From the IMG/VR virus record IMGVR_UViG_3300028549_000688: a stretch of 64,000 bases of DNA; one strand, given 5' to 3'. A program made the position numbers and the translations under genes. This document shows positions 1 to 9,052 of this stretch, in pieces; position 1 is the first letter of the stretch; each line of letters opens with the position of its first letter. The DNA is from a virus. The notes under the pieces were generated by a model. The model made no database searches. It was given only the letters and a program-made list of their open reading frames with translations, and was not told where the DNA came from.

Positions 1-84
1 CCCGTATGGTCCACAGAAAGGCAACCAGTGCCCGCATGGGTACACAGGTTCTATGACCATCGCAGATTACAGAAGGAAATACGC

Positions 85-984
85 ATGAAACCACTCATCA
101 TCTATCACGCAAACTGTGCAGACGGCTTCGGCGCAGCATTCGCAGCATGGAACAAGTTCGGCAACGAAGCTGAGTACGTGCCCATGCAGTACGACCGAAT
201 CAAGACTGAGGAGGATGCCAAGAAGCTTCTCCCAGATATGACAGAGCGCGACGTCTACATCCTGGACTTTAGTTTCCCAGCCCCAGTAATGACATACATC
301 ATCAACGTCGCTGGCTACTTGACATGGCTCGACCATCACAAAACAGCCTTCGAGATGTGGGCACCACCGAATCAACAAAGCTACTTCTTTGAAGAAAGCA
401 ACGAAGCACACATTGTCCTGGACAACAGCAAGTCAGGCGCGTTGATTGCATGGGAACACTTCATGCAGAACAACAAGTATCCGCAGATGTTGATACACAT
501 CGACGACTACGACCGCTGGCAGTTCCGCTATGCAGACACGAAGCCGTTCAACAAAGCTTTGTGGGCGCTTCAACCATGGTCGTTCGAGCAGTGGAACGAA
601 CTGGAACAGGAGACATCTTCGCCACGCAATACGTACTACATCGCATTCATCGCACAAGGCGATGCGCTGCTGCGTGACCACGAGGCGCGTGTAAAGAAAC
701 ACGTTGAGAAGAGCCGCATGGCAAACATCAACGGGCACAAAGGCTTAGTCATCAATGCACCTGGTTACGTCACAAGCGACGCAGGTCACGAGCTGGCTGT
801 GCAAAGCAAGACATTCGGCATGACATACACCATCGACGAGAACCTGCAGGTGCGGTGCTCGCTGCGCAGCGAAGGTGAATACGACGTAACCTGCCTGGCC
901 AAGGTTTACGGTGGTGGCGGCCACAAGAACGCAGCAGGATTCACCTGCTCCATCGAACAACTGACAGAGATTCTGCAACCATGA
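85..984 (+). CDS. DHH/DHHA1-family phosphoesterase (RecJ/NrnA-like)
   Basis: ATG 85 follows an AGGAAA SD within ORF 28..984. Motifs HANCADG, LDHHKT and C-terminal GGGGHKNAAGF (DHHA1). Confidence 0.85.
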   Translation: MKPLIIYHANCADGFGAAFAAWNKFGNEAEYVPMQYDRIKTEEDAKKLLPDMTERDVYILDFSFPAPVMTYIINVAGYLTWLDHHKTAFEMWAPPNQQSYFFEESNEAHIVLDNSKSGALIAWEHFMQNNKYPQMLIHIDDYDRWQFRYADTKPFNKALWALQPWSFEQWNELEQETSSPRNTYYIAFIAQGDALLRDHEARVKKHVEKSRMANINGHKGLVINAPGYVTSDAGHELAVQSKTFGMTYTIDENLQVRCSLRSEGEYDVTCLAKVYGGGGHKNAAGFTCSIEQLTEILQP

Positions 985-1202
985 CAACGTACAAGAAGCC
1001 TGACTCCGACGCCAAGCGTGTACGGCGTGTGAACCCCACAGTACCTGCGCACGCGTTCGAGGCTAAACCCATCGAACCGTTTACAAACGCACAGCCTAAA
1101 GTGGAGCGAGCCCTTTACGACGGCAAAGAGCTGCGCCCGTTTGAAGGCCGACCAGGTGCGATGGACTTCAAGAAGTATCCAAGCAAAGGACTCAGCGTAT
1201 GA
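981..1202 (+). CDS. hypothetical protein (73 aa, basic)
   Basis: ATGA start/stop overlap with the upstream gene. Sits in a co-oriented, tightly packed operon. Confidence 0.55.
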   Translation: MTTYKKPDSDAKRVRRVNPTVPAHAFEAKPIEPFTNAQPKVERALYDGKELRPFEGRPGAMDFKKYPSKGLSV

Positions 1203-2572
1203 ACAAAGCACCGCCGCTCTTCAAGCATCAAGCTGCAACCAAGAAAGCACTGAAAAATGCACACCGATTCTTTGATCAAAGTGAACCAGGTACTGGCAAA
1301 ACCCGTGTCCAAATTGAAGATTTCGCAGAGCGACGGGCCAAAGGCGGCAAACCAGCTGTCGTACTTGCAACTCGCTCAACACTCGAATCAGCATGGGCCG
1401 AAGACATCAAGAAGTATGCCCCGCAGCTCAAAGTCTCTGTGGCCTACGCGAACAATCGAGAGAAAGCCTTCGCCCAGAGCGCTGACGTTTACATCACGAA
1501 TCACGATGCTGTAAATTGGCTGGTCAAACAAAAGCCAACCTTCTGGAAACCCTTAGAAGGCGGCACAATGATCGTTGACGAGTCGGTCGTATTCAAGCAC
1601 AACACCAGTCTGCGCTCAAAGAACGCAGCAAAGATCGCCAAGCACTTTGAGTGGCGGCGCATGATGAGCGGCCTGGCCGACCCCAACGGCATCACCGACA
1701 TTTGGCACCAATACTACCTGCTCGACGAGGGCAAGCGCCTGGGCAAGAGCTACTTTGGCTTTCGTTCAGCCGTATGCACGCCTATACAAGTCGGTCCCAT
1801 GCCAAACATGGTCAAGTGGGAAGAGAAAGAAGGTATCGCCAGTATCGTCGCGGCGTTGATCAAAGACATCACCATAAAGCACCTGTTTGAAGAGTGTGTC
1901 GACATCCCACCCAACCATGAATACACACGCGCGGTGACATTGGGGACCAAACATGCCAAACACTATGCAGAGATGCAAGACGAAATGGTCACGCTGGCTC
2001 AAGGTAAGGTTCTGGCTGCTGTCAACAAAGCTGTACTTCGCATCAAGTTGCTTCAAATTGCATCGGGCGCGGTGTACAACAGCGAAGAATCCGGTTATAC
2101 GCGCTTTGATACTGACCGCTATGAGCTTGTACTTGATCTGGTTCAAGAATGCGCCCACAGCGTCGTGTTTTTTCAATGGGCACACCAGCGCGACGAACTT
2201 GTCAAAGAAGCCGACAAACGTGGACTGAACTTCGCAGTCTATGACGGCAAGACAAACGACAAAGAACGTGCAGCCATCACTGCAGATTTTCAGAAAGGTG
2301 CATACGACTGCATCTTCGCCCACCCCAAGAGCGCAGCACACGGGCTGACTTGGGTCAAAGGCACACGCACCATCTGGGCATCGCCTACTGATAACTACGA
2401 CTGGTTCAACCAGGGCCTCAAACGCATTTACCGTATTGGCCAGACACAGAAGACCGAGACCATCACCGTCATCGCTGCAAACACGTACGACGAGATTGCA
2501 TACGAGCGTTTGACCGGCAAAGCCCTACGAAGCGACGAATTTACACAACGACTGAAGGAGTTTTTGATATGA
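1199..2572 (+). CDS. SNF2/DEAD-like superfamily-2 helicase
   Basis: Walker A EPGTGKT, motif II MIVDESVVF, C-terminal HGLTW and QGLKRIYRIGQ (motif VI). ATGA coupling to the upstream gene. Confidence 0.85.
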   Translation: MNKAPPLFKHQAATKKALKNAHRFFDQSEPGTGKTRVQIEDFAERRAKGGKPAVVLATRSTLESAWAEDIKKYAPQLKVSVAYANNREKAFAQSADVYITNHDAVNWLVKQKPTFWKPLEGGTMIVDESVVFKHNTSLRSKNAAKIAKHFEWRRMMSGLADPNGITDIWHQYYLLDEGKRLGKSYFGFRSAVCTPIQVGPMPNMVKWEEKEGIASIVAALIKDITIKHLFEECVDIPPNHEYTRAVTLGTKHAKHYAEMQDEMVTLAQGKVLAAVNKAVLRIKLLQIASGAVYNSEESGYTRFDTDRYELVLDLVQECAHSVVFFQWAHQRDELVKEADKRGLNFAVYDGKTNDKERAAITADFQKGAYDCIFAHPKSAAHGLTWVKGTRTIWASPTDNYDWFNQGLKRIYRIGQTQKTETITVIAANTYDEIAYERLTGKALRSDEFTQRLKEFLI

Positions 2573-2814
2573 ACCACAAAACCGCGACAGCTCAAATTCT
2601 GGAATTGATTGCAAGAACCAATTCCCCGGCGAGCTTGAGCACCGGCGACATGGCAGTTGAAATCGCTCGTCGCCTTGAGCCCGGCGTCTCAGTCCGAATC
2701 ACTTCCAAAGGTGTGCGCGTAACCCACAGCCGCTACGTCGACAACCTCAACGACCCAAGTTCCATCGACGACGCCCTTTCTACCAATGAATGGATCAAAT
2801 GTGAAGCAGCCTAA
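2569..2814 (+). CDS. hypothetical protein (81 aa)
   Basis: ATGA overlap with the helicase stop. Same operon. Confidence 0.55.
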   Translation: MNHKTATAQILELIARTNSPASLSTGDMAVEIARRLEPGVSVRITSKGVRVTHSRYVDNLNDPSSIDDALSTNEWIKCEAA

Positions 2815-4756
2815 ACAGACAGTGATTTTCGACTGCGAGATCATCGGCAAGGACAAGCCGGTCTTTATGGTCGGTACCAAGATCGTCGAGACCGGTGAGA
2901 CCAAAGCATTCTGGTACAACAAGCGCGGGCACATGAACGCGCTGGCCAAGATGCTGGCCAACCCGGACTACACCTGGGTGGGCTTCAACAGCGAGAACTT
3001 CGACCGCCCGCTCATCGCCTTGGCAATGAACCCCCAGTACGATGTGCATGGCATCAAGGACCTGGCCACGATCATCATTGAAGACCGGCTACGCTCGTGG
3101 CAGTCGTACAAGCAGTTCAACATCGACTTCATCGAGTACGACCACATCGACCTGTTCGAGGTTGTGCCAGGTGTGCTGGTCAGTCTGAAAACCTATGCAG
3201 GCCGCATCAGCTACAAGACGATGGTCGACCTGCCTTTCCACCACGACACTGATCTGACACCAGCGCAGTGCAAGGTGCTTGAGACGTACTGCCTCAACGA
3301 CCTGGGTGTTACCGAGGCACTGTTCAAGACACAGCAGACAGAGCTGACACTACGCGCTGAGATGAGTGAAGAGTACGGTATAGACCTGCGCTCCAAGAGC
3401 GACGCACAGGTGGCCGAGGCCATCCTCAAAAAGAGGGTGGGCATAGGCTCAGGCAGCAAGGAGGTGCCCCACAGCGTGAGCTACAAGGCACCCAGCTTCA
3501 TCGTGACCGACAGCCCGATCATTCAGGAGCTGGCAGACCTGCTGAGCAAATTCCCGTTCGTGCTTAACCGAGCCAACGGCAGCCCAACAGCACCGAAGTT
3601 CCTCGACGAGGTGGTAACTGTAGGCAGCGGGACATACCAGTGCGGCGTGGGCGGCCTGCACAGCACGCATGACAAGTGCATGTACCTCGAAGCATCTGAC
3701 GGCCTCATGCTCAGCGACTTTGACGTGGCCAGCTACTACCCGAACATCATGCTCAAGGCAGGCCTGGCCCCCAAGCTCGGTGGAAACAAGGGCCAAAAGT
3801 TCTTGGAGGAATACCGGCACATTTACGAGACGCGTATGGCTGCCAAGCGTGCCGGCAACAAGAAAGTGGCCAACGCACTCAAGATCACGTTGAACGGGAC
3901 ATTCGGCAAGCTCGGCAGTCTGTTCTGCAGCTTTTACGCACCTGAGCTTATGCTCGCGGTGACACTGACCGGCCAGCTCAACCTGCTGTGCGTGATTCAC
4001 GACTTGTCAAAAATCAAAGGCGTGGATGTGCGCTCTGCCAACACAGACGGTCTGCTTGTAGCGTACAAGCCAAGCGCCCGCGACAAAGTGCTCAAGATAT
4101 TTGCCAAGAACGCTAAGCGTACCGGCTTTGAATATGAAGAAACGCCGTACACAAAGTATGCGGCTAAAGATGTAAACAACTTTATCGCGCTCAAACCAGA
4201 TGGCAAGGCCAAGACCAAGGGTCTGTACACGCTGAACGACCCCAAGGAGAACCCGCTGTACCTGATGAAGAACCCGACGATGGACGTCTGCACGCGCATG
4301 GTGATCGACTGCCTGCGCGACGGATCAACACCAGAGGAAAACATCGACAAGTACACAGACATGAAGGACTTTGTGGCTATACGCAACGTCGGTGGTGGTG
4401 GCATTCAGTTCGACGGTTACAAGAAGGTGGACGACTGGGTAGAAACGGCACCAGGCAACTGGCGCAGACCCGAGTGGCCAAGTCTGAAGGCGTCGGTCAA
4501 GCGCAAGTCACGACCAAAACCTGCAGACGTTGGTGTGGGTGGTGTGAGATTCGGCCGAGTAGCTCGCTGGTACATGACGACGGCTGACATCCCGCCACTG
4601 ACTTACATCAAGTCGGGAGCACTGGTACCCAAGACAGAAGGCGCGCGTGTGTGCATGACTTTGCCAGACAAGCTGCCCAAGGATTTGAATAAACAGTGGT
4701 ACATCGACGAGGCGTACGCAATTCTTGAATCAATCGGCGTAAAAACTCTAACGTAA
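2786..4756 (+). CDS. family B DNA polymerase with 3'-5' exonuclease domain
   Basis: ExoI FDCEI, ExoII NSENFD, ExoIII YCLND. Motif A DFDVASYYPNIM, motif B KITLNGTFGKLG, motif C ANTDGLLV, then KGLY. Confidence 0.85.
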   Translation: MNGSNVKQPKQTVIFDCEIIGKDKPVFMVGTKIVETGETKAFWYNKRGHMNALAKMLANPDYTWVGFNSENFDRPLIALAMNPQYDVHGIKDLATIIIEDRLRSWQSYKQFNIDFIEYDHIDLFEVVPGVLVSLKTYAGRISYKTMVDLPFHHDTDLTPAQCKVLETYCLNDLGVTEALFKTQQTELTLRAEMSEEYGIDLRSKSDAQVAEAILKKRVGIGSGSKEVPHSVSYKAPSFIVTDSPIIQELADLLSKFPFVLNRANGSPTAPKFLDEVVTVGSGTYQCGVGGLHSTHDKCMYLEASDGLMLSDFDVASYYPNIMLKAGLAPKLGGNKGQKFLEEYRHIYETRMAAKRAGNKKVANALKITLNGTFGKLGSLFCSFYAPELMLAVTLTGQLNLLCVIHDLSKIKGVDVRSANTDGLLVAYKPSARDKVLKIFAKNAKRTGFEYEETPYTKYAAKDVNNFIALKPDGKAKTKGLYTLNDPKENPLYLMKNPTMDVCTRMVIDCLRDGSTPEENIDKYTDMKDFVAIRNVGGGGIQFDGYKKVDDWVETAPGNWRRPEWPSLKASVKRKSRPKPADVGVGGVRFGRVARWYMTTADIPPLTYIKSGALVPKTEGARVCMTLPDKLPKDLNKQWYIDEAYAILESIGVKTLT

Positions 4757-4788
4757 TCTGATATTATCTAAACTCAAAAGGACACAAC

Positions 4789-5199
4789 ATGGCGACCTCA
4801 ACGGCACTGCGAAAACAAACCAAACCAACAGTCGGCTATCTGATCGACTCACTGCAAAACATTCGTGCTCAGAAACGCGAACTGGCTGTACGTGAAAAAG
4901 CACTCACAGCCGAGTACGACCTGGTTGAGAAACAACTCATGGACATGATGGACGCTGAAGGCCTGGCCAAGTCCACAGGCAAGACCGCCACAGCGTCAAT
5001 CACCACCACACAGAATTTCAATTTCATCAAAGAGGGCGGCTTCGAGGCGTACTTCGCCTACGCAGCCAAGCTCAAGCGCCCAGACCTCCTGCAACGACGC
5101 CTCTCAGCGCCAGCTGTGCGTGAGTTGTGGGCGATGAAAGGTACGGTACCTGGTCTCACACCGTATGAAGAAAAGAAGATCGGCCTGCGCGATCTTTGA
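4789..5199 (+). CDS. hypothetical protein (136 aa, N-terminal coiled coil)
   Basis: SD AAAGGA upstream of the ATG. Lies in the replication/recombination module. Confidence 0.6.
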   Translation: MATSTALRKQTKPTVGYLIDSLQNIRAQKRELAVREKALTAEYDLVEKQLMDMMDAEGLAKSTGKTATASITTTQNFNFIKEGGFEAYFAYAAKLKRPDLLQRRLSAPAVRELWAMKGTVPGLTPYEEKKIGLRDL

Positions 5200-5236
5200 G
5201 ACTCTAAGCGAATCTTTTCAACCCTTAAAGGACATC

Positions 5237-6043
5237 ATGGTTACCAAAGCTACCTCGAAGAAAACCACCGAAGCATTCGACGCCACCAAACCCGTCGGAA
5301 CCGCTTTGGCCAAAGCGAAAGCAAATCTCCCTGCGAACATTCAAGAGCAGTTCGCTGCTGAAGTGGCCGCACTGCAAAAGCGCATTGCTGCGCCCAGCGG
5401 CGACCGCATCAAGTGCACGCGCGCTAAGACCTTCAAACTGCCTAACGGCCTGGAGGTTGACGAGATCGAATGCGTCATCGTGGACTTCGTTGCTGCAAGT
5501 TTCTACTACAGCAAGGGTTACAACGAAGACAGCATCGTGCCGCCTGACTGCTTCGCCATCGGCCTGGAACCCGCAGGGCTCATCCCCTCGGATAACAGCC
5601 CTGACGCGCAGTGTGCGTCGTGCGCAGGCTGCTGGGCTAACCAGTTCAAGTCAGCGCCCAACGGCAAAGGCAAGGCCTGCAAGAACGTGCGTCTGATTGC
5701 CATCATCCCGCTTGATGCCGATGAAACCACTCAGCCGATGATCCTGAAGGCTTCGAGCACGGCGCTCACCAGCTTCGACGGTCACGTCGCCAAGGTTGCC
5801 AGCATGTACGGTGTCCCCGTGCGTGGTGTAACGACCAAGGTCACGATGAGCGACGACGACTATGCGTCGCTGCGGTTCTCGATCATCGAGCGGCTGTCCC
5901 CCAAAGACCCGCTGCTGGCTATCGCGCAGAGTCTCAAGGAGACCGCGATGACACGTCTGCTGACTGAGCCCGACGTCAGTGCTGCAAAGGCCGAGCCCGC
6001 AGCCCGTCGTGCACCGGTCAAGAAGGCGCCCGCTCGTCGGTAA
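5237..6043 (+). CDS. hypothetical protein with Cys cluster (CASCAGC...GKGKACKN) and basic tail; possible DNA-binding or recombination protein
   Basis: ATG 5237 follows an AAAGGA SD inside ORF 5165..6043. Cys cluster plus Lys/Arg/Ala-rich C-terminus. Function not recognised. Confidence 0.55.
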   Translation: MVTKATSKKTTEAFDATKPVGTALAKAKANLPANIQEQFAAEVAALQKRIAAPSGDRIKCTRAKTFKLPNGLEVDEIECVIVDFVAASFYYSKGYNEDSIVPPDCFAIGLEPAGLIPSDNSPDAQCASCAGCWANQFKSAPNGKGKACKNVRLIAIIPLDADETTQPMILKASSTALTSFDGHVAKVASMYGVPVRGVTTKVTMSDDDYASLRFSIIERLSPKDPLLAIAQSLKETAMTRLLTEPDVSAAKAEPAARRAPVKKAPARR

Positions 6044-6208
6044 AAGTTTAGCCGTAAGGCAAACGAGCGTGGGTTTCGGTTGGGCGCCCCAGAGAGCAAA
6101 AGCTCTATGCCGCAAGGCTAAGACAGTGGTTGTGAAATACCGCTGTAACCGATGACAGGTCGGAAAGACGGCCATTTCCCTTAATCAAATCAACTGGAGT
6201 TAGTTAAC

Positions 6209-6451
6209 ATGGCACGCACAAAATCAGCAGTTCTTTCCCCCGCAGACAAAAAAGCAGCAGTAGCATCTGCCAAGGCCGCCAACAAGGCCGCCCAAGACGC
6301 AGTGAAGGCCCACATCAAAGCCGCCGCTGCCGCTGCCAAAGCCTTTGAAAAGGCAGACCTGGCTGCAACGAAAGAACTCGCCAAGCTCACCAAGGTTGCC
6401 GAAAAGGCAGCCGCTGAGCTGACTGGTCTGTTGGAACCAGTGGCTGCATAA
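6209..6451 (+). CDS. Ala/Lys-rich low-complexity protein (80 aa), histone-H1/AlgP-like composition
   Basis: GGAG SD 10 nt upstream. Composition dominated by A and K (KAAAAAAKA). Both overlapping antisense ORFs look like shadows. Confidence 0.5.
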   Translation: MARTKSAVLSPADKKAAVASAKAANKAAQDAVKAHIKAAAAAAKAFEKADLAATKELAKLTKVAEKAAAELTGLLEPVAA

Positions 6452-6478
6452 CAAAACCGAGGGCCTCGACAACGAGGC

Positions 6479-6516
6479 ACCTCTGGTGAGTGTTGCGTGC
6501 AGCGTTCACCAGAGGT
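6479..6516 (+). other. 11-bp stem hairpin (ACCTCTGGTGA / TCACCAGAGGT, 16-nt loop) with no U-tract
   Basis: Perfect inverted repeat read directly. Lies between the 80-aa gene and the next SD. Confidence 0.6.
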
Positions 6517-6536
6517 ACTTAAACAAAGGAGTGGTG

Positions 6537-6884
6537 ATGATTGCCGTCAAGCTGGAAGAACAAGTTTGGATCAAAGACACAACGGTGCCCGACGCTAACC
6601 CGCCGGACACCGCCCCCACAGCATTCCAGCTGTTAAATCGAGCGGCTGACCACATGCAAGCTCGTGCGGCCACCTATGACAAGCCGGAAGGCGAGCGCTC
6701 CATGGGCGCCACAGTGGCCGCATTCAACGCAATAACTGGATTCAACCTGACCGAGGCACATGGCTGGCTGCTCATGTCCATCTTGAAGATGGTGCGCGAC
6801 AATCAGCGCCAGGCAGCCCACGTCGACTCGTGTGAAGACCTGGTAGCCTATGTCAGTTTATATGGCGAAGCTCGCTTGAAATGA
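6537..6884 (+). CDS. hypothetical protein (115 aa)
   Basis: ATG 6537 follows an AAAGGAG SD. Conserved-looking core (ATYDKPEGERS...LKMVRDNQR...DSCEDLVAY) that I cannot assign. Confidence 0.6.
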   Translation: MIAVKLEEQVWIKDTTVPDANPPDTAPTAFQLLNRAADHMQARAATYDKPEGERSMGATVAAFNAITGFNLTEAHGWLLMSILKMVRDNQRQAAHVDSCEDLVAYVSLYGEARLK

Positions 6885-7357
6885 GCCGTAAACCTGAAAG
6901 CGTATTCATCACGTCAGTGCACAAGCACCTGCCGAAAGACCTGTACAAAATCAAGAACAACAACCCGTTTGCCGGAGGGCAACCTGATTGTTGGTACAGC
7001 GGCACACGTGCTGACCTCTGGATTGAGTACAAATTCATAGCACGTATGCCGAAGGGCGGTGCAAAAGCCGACCTTTCAGCATTGCAAGTGACGTGGCTGC
7101 ATGACAGGCACAAAGAAGGGCGCAACGTAGCTGTGATCGTAGGCTGCAAGGACGGTGGTTTTATCTTACGCGATCTCGCGTGGGAAAATACGATACCACC
7201 AGATTTAACACCATCGTCGCGCCAAGATATTGCGCGCTGGATTCAACGCGAAACAGGAGAACGTGATGATCAAATCAGAGGCTGCGATTTATCAGATACT
7301 CGAAGAACTGCTTCGAGCAGCAGGGTCAAACCCGCAGACCTGCGCCGATCTGTTTGA
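6881..7357 (+). CDS. VRR-NUC / PD-(D/E)xK-type nuclease
   Basis: ATGA coupling to the upstream gene. GGQPDCWY ... ADLWIEYKF matches the VRR-NUC D...ExK pattern. The 3' end overlaps the next gene by 92 nt, so the end is uncertain. Confidence 0.6.
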   Translation: MSRKPESVFITSVHKHLPKDLYKIKNNNPFAGGQPDCWYSGTRADLWIEYKFIARMPKGGAKADLSALQVTWLHDRHKEGRNVAVIVGCKDGGFILRDLAWENTIPPDLTPSSRQDIARWIQRETGERDDQIRGCDLSDTRRTASSSRVKPADLRRSV

Positions 7358-7655
7358 CGACCCGCGCGTCAAAGAGCTGGCACCCAACACAAACCGTGTG
7401 AGCGATTACCTGGGCCACATGTGGCGCAGGGGCCTTGTACAGCGTTGGTACGCCAGCAAAGACACAGCGCAACGCTCGCGTTACGCATACACATGGCTTG
7501 AGCAAGCGCCTGCTGCGCCTGAGCCGGTCGAGCGACTGACCGTCGTGCCGAAACTCAAGCCTGTACCTGAGAAACCCAACATTACCGTGACCGAAGACGA
7601 AGGAAGCGTTACCTTGGATTTCAAGGAATTCACCATCACGGTGAAGCGAAAGTGA
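7266..7655 (+). CDS. hypothetical protein, possible winged-helix DNA-binding N-terminus
   Basis: ATG 7266 follows an AGGAGAA SD. N-terminal helix pattern YQILEELL...VSDYLGHMWRRGLV. Confidence 0.5.
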   Translation: MIKSEAAIYQILEELLRAAGSNPQTCADLFDDPRVKELAPNTNRVSDYLGHMWRRGLVQRWYASKDTAQRSRYAYTWLEQAPAAPEPVERLTVVPKLKPVPEKPNITVTEDEGSVTLDFKEFTITVKRK

Positions 7656-7669
7656 CCCCCCCCCCCCCC
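7656..7669. repeat. homopolymeric C14 tract
   Basis: 14 consecutive C counted directly. Starts immediately after the TGA at 7653-7655. Confidence 0.95.
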
Positions 7670-7781
7670 TAGCGAAACCAGGTAGCGCAGCCGCCTAGTT
7701 TTCAATTTAACCCAAACTCTAACGAGGTCTTATGAACATCAAAACAGATGACGTACGAGCACGTCCAAATGGAGGCACATC

Positions 7782-7970
7782 ATGAAAGCTGGATGGAAAA
7801 ACGACCCCGCAATGCGGGCGTACTTTGAAATAAAGAAAGCTGTGTGGCGACACAACTGTGCAGTCACAAGGCACCGCGAGCAACAAACCGAAGCCCTTGA
7901 CCAGGTCGCAGCAGAACTCATGCGGACCGTCATGGTTGAGGCCCAGCAAAACAACGTACCAAAGCACTAA
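7782..7970 (+). CDS. hypothetical protein (62 aa)
   Basis: GGAGG SD upstream of the ATG. Abuts the ligase start. Confidence 0.5.
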   Translation: MKAGWKNDPAMRAYFEIKKAVWRHNCAVTRHREQQTEALDQVAAELMRTVMVEAQQNNVPKH

Positions 7971-8834
7971 ATGAACTTCAAACCACTCCTGGCATCACCC
8001 GCCGACCTTGACAACCTGCGCTTCCCATTACTAGCAAGTCCTAAGCTCGACGGTGTACGCGCCATCGTCAAAGATGGCGTCGTACTCTCACGGAGTCTGA
8101 AGAAGATTCCCAACCTTCATATACAGACTCTGTTCGGTAATTCAGCGTGCGAAGGTATGGACGGTGAGCTCATCGCGGGCAGTCCAACCAGCAAGACCTG
8201 CTACATCAACACGGTGTCCACCGTCATGCGTGCCAGCAGTTGCGCCAAAGCCGTGCGCTTCCATGTGTTCGACGACATCACCTGGCCGAAACGCGGGTAC
8301 TTCGAGCGCCGTCCGAGGTTTAAGGACTCTGACAATCTCGTAGAGGTACCTCAGACCATCGTGCATTGCCTCGAAGACCTGCTGAAGATGGAAGAGTTTC
8401 ACCTGACATCGGGCTACGAGGGTCTCATCCTGCGTGACCCGAACGCACCCTACAAATACGGCCGCAGCACTACCAAGGAAGGCATCCTGCTCAAGCTCAA
8501 GCGCATGGAGACCGACGAGGCTGTCGTACTGGCAGTCGTCGAGGAGCAGCACAACGGCAATGAGGCGACGACCAGCGAACTTGGACGCACTAAGCGCAGT
8601 TCGCACCAAGCGAACAAAACCGGCAAGGGTTCGATGGGCGCGCTGCACGTTCGTGACGTTAAGAGTGGTGTTGACTTTCATATCGGTACAGGATTCACAG
8701 CTGAGGACCGCGCAGCCATGTGGACGACACCGCCGATCGGAAAGATTGTCAGCTACAACCACTTCCCCATAGGCGCGGTCGACAAGCCCAGGCACCCTTC
8801 GTTCAAGGGCTTCAGAGACTCGCGTGACCTATGA
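7971..8834 (+). CDS. ATP-dependent DNA ligase
   Basis: Motif I SPKLDGVR, motif III MDGELI, motif IV FHVFD, motif V EGLILRD / LLKLK. Confidence 0.9.
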   Translation: MNFKPLLASPADLDNLRFPLLASPKLDGVRAIVKDGVVLSRSLKKIPNLHIQTLFGNSACEGMDGELIAGSPTSKTCYINTVSTVMRASSCAKAVRFHVFDDITWPKRGYFERRPRFKDSDNLVEVPQTIVHCLEDLLKMEEFHLTSGYEGLILRDPNAPYKYGRSTTKEGILLKLKRMETDEAVVLAVVEEQHNGNEATTSELGRTKRSSHQANKTGKGSMGALHVRDVKSGVDFHIGTGFTAEDRAAMWTTPPIGKIVSYNHFPIGAVDKPRHPSFKGFRDSRDL

Positions 8835-9052
8835 CCACGCCCGAGTACGCGGCAGCCGAAATCTGCTGCATAGGCAAAGACAAGCTGCAGACGATGAACC
8901 TGGCCCGAAGCATTGCCAAACGCATGTCTCGTGTCAGGGAGACACCCATTGATGCTTACAAGTGCCCCCACTGCGGGGCGTATCACGTCGGCAACGACAA
9001 CAAAAAGGGGAAATTCCATGGAAAACCAAGACAAAGCGACCAGGCTGGTTGA
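8831..9052 (+). CDS. small protein with CxxC knuckle (KCPHCGAYH)
   Basis: ATGA coupling to the ligase stop. Confidence 0.5.
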   Translation: MTTPEYAAAEICCIGKDKLQTMNLARSIAKRMSRVRETPIDAYKCPHCGAYHVGNDNKKGKFHGKPRQSDQAG

